A DNA stretch of 64,000 nt, taken from IMG/VR virus record IMGVR_UViG_3300022562_001918; one strand, 5' to 3'. The notes beneath the pieces are model-generated. The model was not told the DNA's origin. It ran no database searches and saw only the letters and a list, made by a program, of their open reading frames with translations. The stretch comes from an uncultured virus (IMG/VR IMGVR_UViG_3300022562_001918). Lineage: Duplodnaviria; Heunggongvirae; Uroviricota; Caudoviricetes. Position numbers and translations under genes: made by a program. Shown in pieces: positions 40,071-49,500 of this stretch. Numbering within the stretch: the stretch's first letter is position 1; each line of letters begins with the position of its first letter.

Positions 40071-40544
40071 GTGACCAAGCACAAAGAAAATATCTACGAA
40101 TTCAGGACCCGCAGAATCAAGCGGTCATTTGCGATGGAGAGCATTCCAGCAAAGATCTACGACGATAACCATGTCGCCGCCCTCGTCAGGAAGATCACAG
40201 ACGGCGATGCAAGAGAGCACTTCATCGTGTTCTTCATCGACTCAAAGAACAAGGTGATTGGATACGAGGTCATTGCCATCGGCAGCTTGTCCAACGTAGA
40301 GGTGCATCCTCGCGAACTCTTCAGGCCAGCCATTGTTGCGCCTGCGGCCGCCATCATCCTTGCCCACAACCACCCGTCGGGAGATCCGGAGCACAGCCGA
40401 TCTGACCTCGAGCTCACCCGAAGAGCTTGCGCCTGCGGCGACCTCTTGGGCATTCCGGTTTTGGATCACGTCATCGTCGGAGACGCGGGACACACAAGCC
40501 TTCACAAAGAAGGCTTCATTCCAGAAAGAGAGAGCGATGATTAA
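40071..40544 (+). CDS. radC: RadC-like JAB domain protein
   Basis: REHF, VHPRELFRPAI, AHNHPSGDPEHSRSD, LDHVIVG. Confidence 0.9.
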   Translation: MTKHKENIYEFRTRRIKRSFAMESIPAKIYDDNHVAALVRKITDGDAREHFIVFFIDSKNKVIGYEVIAIGSLSNVEVHPRELFRPAIVAPAAAIILAHNHPSGDPEHSRSDLELTRRACACGDLLGIPVLDHVIVGDAGHTSLHKEGFIPERESDD

Positions 40545-40857
40545 CGTACTCGTAAAGAACCCTGGCGAGCCCGCCGAGATGCGCCAGGTCGAACCCGGCC
40601 TTGAGGCCGGTCAGTCTATTGTCGGAGGGTGCATAGAACTCGTATCGGGGACCGCGCTCGGCCTCCCGGACGAAATTGACATGTACTGCAACGAAGAAGG
40701 CATCTTTCTCGGACTAGAGCCAAACCTCGACATTGGACACTCCTATGTCCTTGGCCCCATCTACTTCACCGCTGGCGACGACGAAGGAAACAACGTCGGC
40801 CTCAAACCCGAACACTGCGATGCCATCAAAGCCTGGATGGCCGGAAAGGAACTATGA
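40537..40857 (+). CDS. DUF3846-like protein
   Basis: QSIVGGCIELV...MYCNEEG...L.PN...GPIYF. Confidence 0.7.
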   Translation: MINVLVKNPGEPAEMRQVEPGLEAGQSIVGGCIELVSGTALGLPDEIDMYCNEEGIFLGLEPNLDIGHSYVLGPIYFTAGDDEGNNVGLKPEHCDAIKAWMAGKEL

Positions 40858-41285
40858 GCGAGACAATCATCCGACCCATGACCGAAGAAGACCTTGCGGA
40901 GCTCATGCGAGCTGAGAACCTCCCGGGGGCGCGCATCGACCCAAGTCTGATTCCTCCCGCCATCCTTGAGGGCCTCAAGAACTACGCCGGCATGGGGAAG
41001 CCTGTTGGGGGGTTCCTTGAGGCCGTCCTGTCCAATGATCTGATGACAGCCTTTCATGCGGCCGACGCCTACTCTCGCGTCGGCATGGCATCGATACTCG
41101 CCTACATCTACAACGACATGCCGAGCCAATGTCATGGCTCGGTGGAGTGCTACAGGGCCTGGATTGGCATGCACAAGGCTGTCCGAGATCACGGCGAAGA
41201 CTCTCAGGAGGCATGCGACGCCTGGACCGATTGCAACGTCATGAAGGCTCGGGCTCATGACTGGAGTAGGGGGAAGCTCAATTGA
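40854..41285 (+). CDS. Hypothetical phage protein
   Basis: GGFLEAVLSNDL..AF..AD pattern; ATGA overlap. Confidence 0.7.
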   Translation: MSETIIRPMTEEDLAELMRAENLPGARIDPSLIPPAILEGLKNYAGMGKPVGGFLEAVLSNDLMTAFHAADAYSRVGMASILAYIYNDMPSQCHGSVECYRAWIGMHKAVRDHGEDSQEACDAWTDCNVMKARAHDWSRGKLN

Positions 41286-41608
41286 TGGACGACGAAAAAG
41301 ACCGAACCCCCGAGGAGCTCGAGCGCGACATCGAACTGTCCCATGGATTCTCGGCCGGCAACTACTGCAATGCCTACGAGACCAGCAACCTTGAGGAGGC
41401 CCTGGAGAAGCGAGACCTGGAAGAACGAAGCGAACCCTACAGCGTCGCATTCGTTATGGGCTTCTTTGCCAGCTACGAGCTCGAGGAGATTCCTGGGTCC
41501 TACCGGGAAGAGTTCGACCAGGCGTACCACTCCAAGCTTGGCCAGCGCGTGCTCGAGCTCGGCTACACCGAAGGTCGGGATGATGACTACAAGAAGGAGG
41601 CTTCGTGA
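41282..41608 (+). CDS. Hypothetical acidic protein
   Basis: Translationally coupled ORF. Confidence 0.65.
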   Translation: MMDDEKDRTPEELERDIELSHGFSAGNYCNAYETSNLEEALEKRDLEERSEPYSVAFVMGFFASYELEEIPGSYREEFDQAYHSKLGQRVLELGYTEGRDDDYKKEAS

Positions 41609-41847
41609 ACAGTTACCTGGTTCAATTCAAACACAGCGAAAACGGCGAGCTCTGGTCCGGCGTCGTCTTCGCTGAAGACCATGACATCGCAGAGCACGTC
41701 GCCCTGGAGAGTCTTGAGAGCGACTACGACGACGTCAACCCGAACGACTACGAGTTCTGTTCATCATTGCTCCTTGAGGTGTGCCCAGGATGTGGCGGGT
41801 GGAGGAAGCAAATAAGCCCAAAGGGAACAGGAGCTGTATGTCTCTAA
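41605..41847 (+). CDS. Hypothetical protein
   Basis: AAGGAGG RBS, GTGA overlap. Confidence 0.6.
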   Translation: MNSYLVQFKHSENGELWSGVVFAEDHDIAEHVALESLESDYDDVNPNDYEFCSSLLLEVCPGCGGWRKQISPKGTGAVCL

Positions 41848-42119
41848 CTCGAGCTCAAACCAAGGCCCTCATCGACTGCGACAGGGAGGAGAGAAACGGT
41901 GGGTACCCCGGCATCGCCATTCGCAAACCCACCATCAAGGTACTCATCAAAAAGGGGTACCTCTACCCCGAGGACTACGAAACCAAGATGGCTGTGGGCA
42001 CGATGTACAAGCTCACCGAGGCCGGCAAAAAGATGATCGAAGCACTCGAGAAAGTGCGCAGGCTACCAACCGTCGAATACGACTACATGGAGAACTGGGA
42101 AAGCTATGACTACGACTGA
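41838..42119 (+). CDS. Small wHTH-like protein
   Basis: MSLTRAQ...TIKVLIKKGYL...YKLTEAGK. Confidence 0.55.
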   Translation: MSLTRAQTKALIDCDREERNGGYPGIAIRKPTIKVLIKKGYLYPEDYETKMAVGTMYKLTEAGKKMIEALEKVRRLPTVEYDYMENWESYDYD

Positions 42120-42450
42120 AATCACAATGATGCCCGCCGACGATGTCACCGACGTCGAGCTCGCGTTCCCCGCCAAGGGGGTCGAGCGCCTTCCTGCCTG
42201 GGATGACATCCCCGAGGACTATCGAGCAGAAAGGAACCCTCGCTGCCACTTCGTGCAGGAGTGGTTCATGCTCGGGCTCAAGAACCCGAATATTGTGCCC
42301 AAGGAAGGCGTCGACAAGGAGAAGGCTTTGCGCCACATCCACGCCATCATGGGCTCCTACGGGCCAAAGCACGAGCACAAGATCGCGGGCGTTGCCTACC
42401 TCATCGACCAGTGGTTCGAGAAGTTCGAGGGGGAAGCGATTCGTGGCTGA
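42106..42450 (+). CDS. Hypothetical phage protein
   Basis: 114 aa coupled ORF (SYGPKHEHKIAGVAYL). Confidence 0.65.
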   Translation: MTTTEITMMPADDVTDVELAFPAKGVERLPAWDDIPEDYRAERNPRCHFVQEWFMLGLKNPNIVPKEGVDKEKALRHIHAIMGSYGPKHEHKIAGVAYLIDQWFEKFEGEAIRG

Positions 42451-42601
42451 TGACGCTATCGCCAAGTACTACAGCGACAAATACAAGGAGGCCACGCGCC
42501 TCCGAGAACTCATTCGGGAGCGTACCCTCGAGGGCGCGCCGGAAAAAGAACTCCGCAGGCTCAGGAAGAAGCTTGAGCTGGCGGAGTACGTCGGAGACTA
42601 A
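42443..42601 (+). CDS. Small hypothetical protein
   Basis: GTG start after GAGGGGG; fills the operon gap. Confidence 0.45.
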   Translation: MADDAIAKYYSDKYKEATRLRELIRERTLEGAPEKELRRLRKKLELAEYVGD

Positions 42602-42611
42602 AGGAGATCCA

Positions 42612-42848
42612 ATGTCCACCAAAACCGACCACGAGCTCCTCCAGCTCATCCTCAAGTCCGAGGAGCTGAGCGAAGAGGACTTCATCATGGTCTACCAGAA
42701 CGAGGCAGACGCGCCGGCGATCTGCTCAGAGCCGGGCTGCCACGCCATTCACGACGGCCTCGAGCACGATGCCAGGGATGACAACTGCCAGCACTGCCAG
42801 GCAGAGGGCACCGTCAACGGGGCTTTTGTCCTCATGGGGGTGATCTAA
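42612..42848 (+). CDS. Small Zn-ribbon protein
   Basis: AAGGAG RBS; CSEPGC...EHDA...CQHC. Confidence 0.7.
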   Translation: MSTKTDHELLQLILKSEELSEEDFIMVYQNEADAPAICSEPGCHAIHDGLEHDARDDNCQHCQAEGTVNGAFVLMGVI

Positions 42849-43114
42849 TGTTTCCAGGGGAAACCATCATGTCGGGCGCCAAGGTCGATGACCACGTCAG
42901 CGAGTTCCAGGTTCTGGAGTCTGCTGCCGGCTGGTACATCGGAACCCATTACACCTATTGCGATGAGCCCACCTGCACCAACTGCATGGGGCTTCCAGCA
43001 GGTTTCAAAGAACCCTACTCAAGGGAAACGGATTACTTCCCGAGCCAAGAGGCAGCCCAGAAGGCTCTCGATGACTACAGGAATGGCGGCTTGCTTGAGA
43101 AGGAGAGAATCTAA
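42848..43114 (+). CDS. Hypothetical phage protein
   Basis: VLESAAGWYIGT...EPYSRETDYF; TAATG overlap. Confidence 0.7.
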   Translation: MFPGETIMSGAKVDDHVSEFQVLESAAGWYIGTHYTYCDEPTCTNCMGLPAGFKEPYSRETDYFPSQEAAQKALDDYRNGGLLEKERI

Positions 43115-43449
43115 TGGGCTTCTACAGCTTCGACTGCAAACACTGCGGCCACCCTGCCCTGTCGAGAAGGGCCACAGACAGACACAACAAGTGGATGAAT
43201 GACGTCGTCGCACTCTTTGAGAACGGCAAGACGCTCGTCGGCGACTACGACGGATACGGTCGCGTCAGCGGCATTGCCTGGGAGTGGGATGAGCCTGTCT
43301 CCCTCTACCACCAGGCATGCTGGGAGACCTGTGGCAAACCCAAGTTCGACGGACCCAGCAAGTCTTCAGAGGACCAGGGATGGTTCTTCGACAAAGGCGT
43401 CCATGACTCCCCCCCACCGGGGGAGGAGGGGTTTTTCAGGTACGAGTAG
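43114..43449 (+). CDS. Hypothetical phage protein
   Basis: MGFYSFDCKHCG...GDYDGYGRV...DQGWF; TAATG overlap. Confidence 0.7.
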   Translation: MGFYSFDCKHCGHPALSRRATDRHNKWMNDVVALFENGKTLVGDYDGYGRVSGIAWEWDEPVSLYHQACWETCGKPKFDGPSKSSEDQGWFFDKGVHDSPPPGEEGFFRYE

Positions 43450-43524
43450 GCCTGAGCCCGGTCGGAAGAAGAATGGTCTTCCTCCGATTATTCTTCTACT
43501 TAATGCATACGAACCAGAAGAGGT

Positions 43525-43776
43525 ATGAATATGTCAAAAGAAACCCCTCATCGGATCGACTGGCTGCGAGAGCGTGGCCCCCAACTCCGAGAACATGATC
43601 GATCTGTGCTGATCGAGTACTACGAGCTCGCCATGCAGTTCGCACCGCGAGTCATGTCCAATGACCTGGTCATAACCGGGTTCCTGACACACATGGTTGC
43701 CATGGGAGGTGTCGACATCAACACCGTCCGCATGCTCTGCATGACCGAGCGGATTCACCGCGAACTGAGCGCCTAG
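43525..43776 (+). CDS. Hypothetical protein
   Basis: GAGGT RBS; followed by a terminator. Confidence 0.55.
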   Translation: MNMSKETPHRIDWLRERGPQLREHDRSVLIEYYELAMQFAPRVMSNDLVITGFLTHMVAMGGVDINTVRMLCMTERIHRELSA

Positions 43777-43785
43777 CGCTCATCG

Positions 43786-43811
43786 GAGAGGCACTGCCTC
43801 TCCTTTTTAGC
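43786..43811 (+). terminator. Intrinsic terminator ending TTTTTAGC
   Basis: GAGAGGC-ACT-GCCTCTC hairpin followed by T5-AGC. Confidence 0.8.
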
Positions 43812-44013
43812 CATCAGACTCGGCCGGCTTGACGCCCAAGAGTTTGTCCATGTGCCGGTCGACGCAGGTGTTGTGAACACCGTAGATGCTGCGCTTGCCG
43901 CCGCCTGCAGCCTGGAATCCCTGATCGCATCGAGGAAGGCCGCAGAAGATACAGGAGAGCTCTTCGTCGTCGATGGGCTCGAGGTGGAACCTGATGTAGG
44001 AAGGTCTTGTCAC
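43807..44013 (-). CDS. Small Cys/His protein
   Basis: CIFC...C...VH..C, similar to the C-terminus of the upstream gene. Confidence 0.55.
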   Translation of the reverse strand: MTRPSYIRFHLEPIDDEELSCIFCGLPRCDQGFQAAGGGKRSIYGVHNTCVDRHMDKLLGVKPAESDG

Positions 44014-44423
44014 GGTCGCCTGGATGCTAGTTCCTGAAGCTCCAAATGGTCAAACACGCATCGGTCATGGACCGCGAACGCCTTGATTTTTGAGGTGTCT
44101 TTCGTGCGGGCGACAAACACCTGATCGCACCCTTGCCCCTTGCAAAAGAAGCATTGTGCCTCCAACGAGCGAACGCGCTGGAGCTCGAAAACTATCCGTG
44201 CTGGGATCTCCTGAGGAGTTTGGCCGTAGGGGTCGATAACGCCAACGAGGTGCCGATCTGTATCGTCCCATTCGGCTGGATGTCCGTCAGAATAAATGTC
44301 CTCTTTCGCGAGCTCGGGGGGTGGACGAAGCCGATAAGACGACTCAGGAACGATTTCTTCCGGGATGGCTGACGTGCTGTCAGCTGACTCCATCTCGTCA
44401 TCTGGCTTCTCCTTCTTGGGCAT
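44010..44423 (-). CDS. Hypothetical protein with C-terminal Cys/His domain
   Basis: CFFC...C...VH..C. Confidence 0.6.
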   Translation of the reverse strand: MPKKEKPDDEMESADSTSAIPEEIVPESSYRLRPPPELAKEDIYSDGHPAEWDDTDRHLVGVIDPYGQTPQEIPARIVFELQRVRSLEAQCFFCKGQGCDQVFVARTKDTSKIKAFAVHDRCVFDHLELQELASRRP

Positions 44424-44460
44424 GACGGCTCAACACCTCGGCCAGTGTATCACCCTCACG

Positions 44461-44706
44461 TCAGTCCTGATCTGCAGAACTTCGAAGAGGTCTATCTGCC
44501 AGCACCCCTGCTTGAATCAGGTGATCTTCTAGATCAAATACGGATGATTCAACATCTTTCACGAAGCTGGCCTTTTCCTGATCGCCGGCCTCAATCGCCT
44601 CAAGCTCTAAGCTGTTGCAGAAAATCATCATGAGCTGAACAACATTGGCAACCTTGTGGGACAGAACCTCGATGGGAACGATAACCCTCTGCGTACGCTT
44701 CGGCAT
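44461..44706 (-). CDS. Hypothetical protein (start uncertain)
   Basis: MPKRTQRVIVP...; helical. Confidence 0.45.
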   Translation of the reverse strand: MPKRTQRVIVPIEVLSHKVANVVQLMMIFCNSLELEAIEAGDQEKASFVKDVESSVFDLEDHLIQAGVLADRPLRSSADQD

Positions 44707-45056
44707 TCCAGCCCACACATGATATCCAAGACCGACCAATTCGTCACACAGGAAAGGCCATCCCCCTGGAGCCAAACGGAGGATGGCCTTCGTAAATGCC
44801 TATCTAGGCGTTAAGCAAAACCCGCTGGGTACTCTGCCCGCGGACCCTTTTTCTCTCTGACGGGCCACAGTCCTCGGCATACCGAGTGTCGCGGCGGCGT
44901 CCAATGGATTGGCGGCTCCCAAAACTCGAGCTCGCGCCATGGGCGCAAAGCCAGAGTGAGAAACTGAACAATCAGGGCGGCGATGAAAATTTGCTCGTGC
45001 ATGGGTTCCCTCCGGGGAGGGCCTCCATGCCACGGGCGTAAAGCCCTCCCTGTTCG

Positions 45057-45491
45057 CTAGGTCTCTTCTTCTCCGTTGGTGTTGATGCGGATGAGCCCGG
45101 ACGCAAGGCCGAGCTGCTGCACCATCTCTACGAAGAACTTGTCCTTGCGCTTTTGCGCTTCCGGCAAATCGCCATACGGCACCATGCAAGGATGCGTCTT
45201 CGCCTCGGGGTCCTTTGTCTCCCCATAAGTCCAGCCATCCTGTCTTTTGTGCTCGAGCCATGACTCGTGCGACGCCGACGGATCCGGATTTATCAGCGCA
45301 TGCTCGACACCCTGAATCGCAGAGTCTTTCTGCCAATCAGGAGCCTGAAGCCAGAGCGGCTGCGTGTAGTCGCCAAGGAGCTCGCAGTACATGCGGTTCT
45401 GCTGATGGCAGGCCGCAGCAATCACCTCGATGGCTGTTTTCTTCCTGCCCTCGAGTATCGTCGTGAACTCGACCTGGTCCTTGGTGGCCAT
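45057..45491 (-). CDS. RyR-domain protein
   Basis: HESWLEHKRQDGWTYGETKDPEAKTHPCMVPYGDLPEAQKRKD. Confidence 0.85.
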   Translation of the reverse strand: MATKDQVEFTTILEGRKKTAIEVIAAACHQQNRMYCELLGDYTQPLWLQAPDWQKDSAIQGVEHALINPDPSASHESWLEHKRQDGWTYGETKDPEAKTHPCMVPYGDLPEAQKRKDKFFVEMVQQLGLASGLIRINTNGEEET

Positions 45492-45539
45492 GGTTCGAGC
45501 CTACTACCTGGAGAGGTCCAAATGCAATAGACTGAACCC

Positions 45540-46034
45540 GTGACCCCGTTCATGCATGGCTTCGCCGATGAGCTTGAGAAGATGGCTGTCTCGAAGAAGT
45601 GGCTACGTTCAAGGGTCAGCTCCGGCGTCCGCAAGGCGTTGGATACACCCGGCAAGGGCTCTAAGAGGGTCGAACGGTTCGAGCGTCGCATGGAAGAGCT
45701 CGGCAAACGTGAGGCTCCGCGAATCGGAGAACGCGACCCATCAGGATGGCGGTATGGAGCCCTCGGCGGAGGAATGATGGGACTCCAGACCGGAGGTGCA
45801 CTCGGCTCTCTTGTTGGGCCAGGGGGCCAGATTGTCGGCGCCCTCGGTGGAGGACTCATGGGAACCATGGCCGGTGGATCTGCCGGAGCTGCGACCAGAA
45901 AAAAGCTCCTCGAGCTCGGCCGCATGCACCGGACCGGAAAGCATCGCCGCAAGGTTAAGGCTGCTTTGGGTGAGTCCAAGAAACTTCGCGAGCAGCTCTC
46001 CCGAAAAGACGTTGGCTCGGGACCGTATCGATAG
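45540..46034 (+). CDS. GFxDELxKxA-leader protein with a long glycine zipper
   Basis: MTPFMHGFADELEKMAVSKKW; GALGGGMMG...GGALG...GALGGGLMG. Confidence 0.8.
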   Translation: MTPFMHGFADELEKMAVSKKWLRSRVSSGVRKALDTPGKGSKRVERFERRMEELGKREAPRIGERDPSGWRYGALGGGMMGLQTGGALGSLVGPGGQIVGALGGGLMGTMAGGSAGAATRKKLLELGRMHRTGKHRRKVKAALGESKKLREQLSRKDVGSGPYR

Positions 46035-46086
46035 GATCACTTCGGTCTTGCCCACTGACTGACCCTCACGATACCTTCTCGCTATC

Positions 46087-46311
46087 TTGGAGGAGACCCC
46101 AGTAAACCTCGTCCCGCTCTACCGCTGCAAAGACTGCGGTGTCCGGCTATTCGAGAAAGACGCAAAAGGCCACCTCGAGAGGCATGGCCTCGCCGGCGTC
46201 AACGGCAACTGGCGGGACTACTTCGTTCGAGGCAAAAAGGATACGCCCGAGAAACCCGGGGCATCCTACAAACCGCTCTATCAGCGGTCGAATTACCCCA
46301 AGAAGGGGTAA
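46087..46311 (+). CDS. Small C2H2-like protein
   Basis: YRCKDC...HLERH. Confidence 0.5.
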   Translation: MEETPVNLVPLYRCKDCGVRLFEKDAKGHLERHGLAGVNGNWRDYFVRGKKDTPEKPGASYKPLYQRSNYPKKG

Positions 46312-46342
46312 AGAAAAAGGGCGAGCCCCGAAGGACCCGCCC
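46312..46342 (-). terminator. Intrinsic terminator (minus strand)
   Basis: GGGCGGGTCC-TTCG-GGGCTCGCCC followed by TTTTTCTT on the minus strand. Confidence 0.7.
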
Positions 46343-46371
46343 CTGTGCGATTCACCGCTTGCTAGCCGATG

Positions 46372-46569
46372 CTAGTAGCCAAGCATCTTCATGTTGAGCA
46401 TTTCTTCGTGACCTGCATCGACAGCTGCCGCATTCATGCAGTCGACCACTTTCTCAGCCAGTGCTTTAGCCTCAGGCGACCTGACGCCGTACTTCTGACA
46501 GGCCGACTGATAGCGCTGCATAGCAGCGGAAGCGTTTGGCCAGAGGGATGATTCATTGATGTGTGCCAT
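46372..46569 (-). CDS. Small hypothetical protein
   Basis: AAGGAG RBS; 65 aa. Confidence 0.65.
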   Translation of the reverse strand: MAHINESSLWPNASAAMQRYQSACQKYGVRSPEAKALAEKVVDCMNAAAVDAGHEEMLNMKMLGY

Positions 46570-46597
46570 TTTTAATTCTCCTTGAGGTTATTTAACC

Positions 46598-49500
46598 TTA
46601 GCTCCAGTACTGGACCCACTTCATGGCATCGACATCATCGACACCGTTTGCCATGCCAGTGACGGAGAACCCGCCATCTGCGACGTTGTTAGTGATTGCG
46701 ACGTTGCCGGTGGTTCCGACAACTCCCTCCAGAGTGACGGCAGCACCCGCCGAGGTTCCTGTGATGAACAAGTTCTCGAATCCAACACGGCTGATAGCAT
46801 CCGCGATGCCAATTGCCATGTTGGCCGCTGTGTCGTCTTGGGTCGCCGTGGAGTTCACCGGACCCTCGTCGACAACCGGCTCGGCCACAAACGTTGCGAC
46901 TCCCGGAATGGCAAACAGCACCGTGAACGTTGCGTTGTTAGATACAGTTCCGGAGATCGTTACCGTTTGACCGGGAAGGAGTTTGCCGTGAAGCGTACCC
47001 CCAGTGAAACCTCCCACTCCTTGTCCGAACAGGTTGGACGAGAACGAGAAGTTGTCGGTTTCAGCAACGTTGTAGTCAATCGACTTCAGCGTAGTGGTTT
47101 CCACCACACTGTCGTCTGAATCAAACTCGAACGTCACAGCAGGGTTGGCACCATCGTCCAGAACGAAGTTGTCAGTATCCACCAACAGCGATCCTTGGAC
47201 CGCCGTAATGGAACCATCCGACTTCACGCCCGGAATCCGAACCTGCATCTGAGCCCAGCCTTCGGCGGCTGCCGTGCCGGGACCATTCGTACCATCGCCA
47301 ATGTTGGCGTTGGTGGACGCTACACCAGCGAAGGGTCCTGGCGCGCCCTCCAGCTCAGATGAGCTGGTGATTCCCCAGCCGCCCACGCCTCCAGCGAGGA
47401 GGTCGATATGGCCACCCCTTGAAGAGATCACCTTCGACTTCGACCCATCCCTGGAGAATACGTCGCGCGGAGCACAGAGGACCGTGATCGGGTTGGCGTC
47501 TGCCTGGTTGCTGGAGTCGTAGATCCGGATTTCCTGGTCATACACCTCGCTTGGAGCACCAATGGACGGAAGGATGACGGTCACGGGACCGCCGCTCGTA
47601 TCCACTGGAAGGATATCTCCATAAAAGGTAATGGTGAACGGAGAGTCCGCCGACGAGACAACGGCATCGCCGGCCGGATTTAGAATCAACGACGCCCTGC
47701 GCGGAGCCGGGTACCTCTGCGCGCTAGCCGTAGACCCCCCAGCAGCCTCCAGTGTCGGCATCTGGTAGGATCCTGCTCCGAAGACATCCTGGCCGTCTGA
47801 GTCGTTGCTTCGCGCCTGGAAGAAGAAGCCACCCCCAACAGTATCTTTCGCGCAGTCCTCTCCAATGATTCCGTTGTGGGAAAGTAGGAAGAGGAAACCG
47901 CCCGCCAGATCAACCGTAGGTTCAGCGGCAGGGATTTGAACGTTCCACCCAAGACCGCCGTAGGTGTTGCCTTTCTCGAAGCTAACGACACCGAAGCCGG
48001 CGACTTTAAGGATTGCCCCGGCCCCAGCGTCTTCGTTCCAGAACGTCGTGCTGGTCAGGAAGGTGTGATAACCAGAAATGATAATCGCACCATCCGTCAA
48101 GCCGTTGTAGATGAACTGAACCGATCCCAGACCAGAAGTCGAACGAAGCCCGGTGATGACGCAGCCATCAGCCAGTTCAATGTTCGACTCCGAAGACCCG
48201 GGGTTCGAGAAGTTCGGAGTCGGCTGAATGGTCCCCTGAACCGTGATGTCCTCAAAGTCCCACGCACCAGCCGGAATCAGACAGGCTGGACGACCGCCAG
48301 AGGTGACGTGAGTCGACTCCGAGGAATCGAAGATGAGGGCGACAGGACCGAACCGTGTCGCAGCACGGGCCGAATCGTAGGCCTCCTGCCAAGTGGCGTA
48401 GGTGCCCGGAGCCGGCGCAGCTGCTTCTTGACGGAAACGAACCGTCGTGACTGGAGAAGGTTCCGCATTTTCCTGACGCCATACGCCAAATCCATCTGAG
48501 ATGAACTTGAGCATGCCGAACGGAGTCGACAGGGTCTTGGACGTCGATCCGTCCGCGAACGTGTCGGTACCACTGCAATTGATTGTGACCGGGTTGGTGG
48601 CCGCATCACCCGTGGCGTCAACCACCATGCAGGTCTCGCCGGCAATGGGAGCATTGCGCGGCATGTTGAAGACAACTTCGCCACCAGAGGTGTCGATGTC
48701 GTAAACGTCAACAATGCCACCAGTGGCTGCATCGTACGGCGAGTCTCCGAATCCAATCGGACCCAGGAGCTGCTTCCAGCGCACCCTGCTGAGGCTGAGG
48801 TCTCCGAAGACCAGAGAGCCAGCAATTCCGGGCTGGTCCCAGTTGGCGCTGCTGGCGACAATGCCAGCGGCTTCAGAAGACAACTGGAAGTCAAAGACTC
48901 CGCCGCCTGCCGTATCAGTCAGGGACTGGTCACGAACCCAGCCTCCACCCTGCCAGTTGAAGATGAAGTCGCCGCCGTCTGCGTCGATGACAGGACCAAT
49001 CAACGACGAGTCACCAAGACGCAGCTCAGCACCGCCAGCAACGTACAGCTCCGTAAAGCCTTGGTTTTGGAAGATGGGCAGACTCGCTGCGTTGCGACAT
49101 CGAAGATACAGGGAACATCCGCCGTTGACACGAACCGTGCCAGAGCTGCGAATACCGCCGGCCACCTGAGCTTCGTTGATGGTGACTATGAACGCGTCAC
49201 CACCGAAGTTTTGCAGGTTGTCAAGGTACGCCCCTTCGAGGATGGATAGGAATTGGAAGGTTCCTTCTCCGAAGGCGTAGAGTCCAATGTCCGACATGTC
49301 CCAGACACCAGTAGGCACCGGGCATGTAGGTTGCCCAGACTGGCCGATGAAGGTCGAGTCAGACCTGTCGAGGTAGATTTTCTGAGGACCAAGACCTGCT
49401 GCAACGCGGGCAGTCGCCTCTGCGTGCGCTTCCTCGAACGTCGAGTAGACGCCCGGTGGTGGAGAAACGGCGTCATGTCGCCAAACGATTGGCGAGCCAA

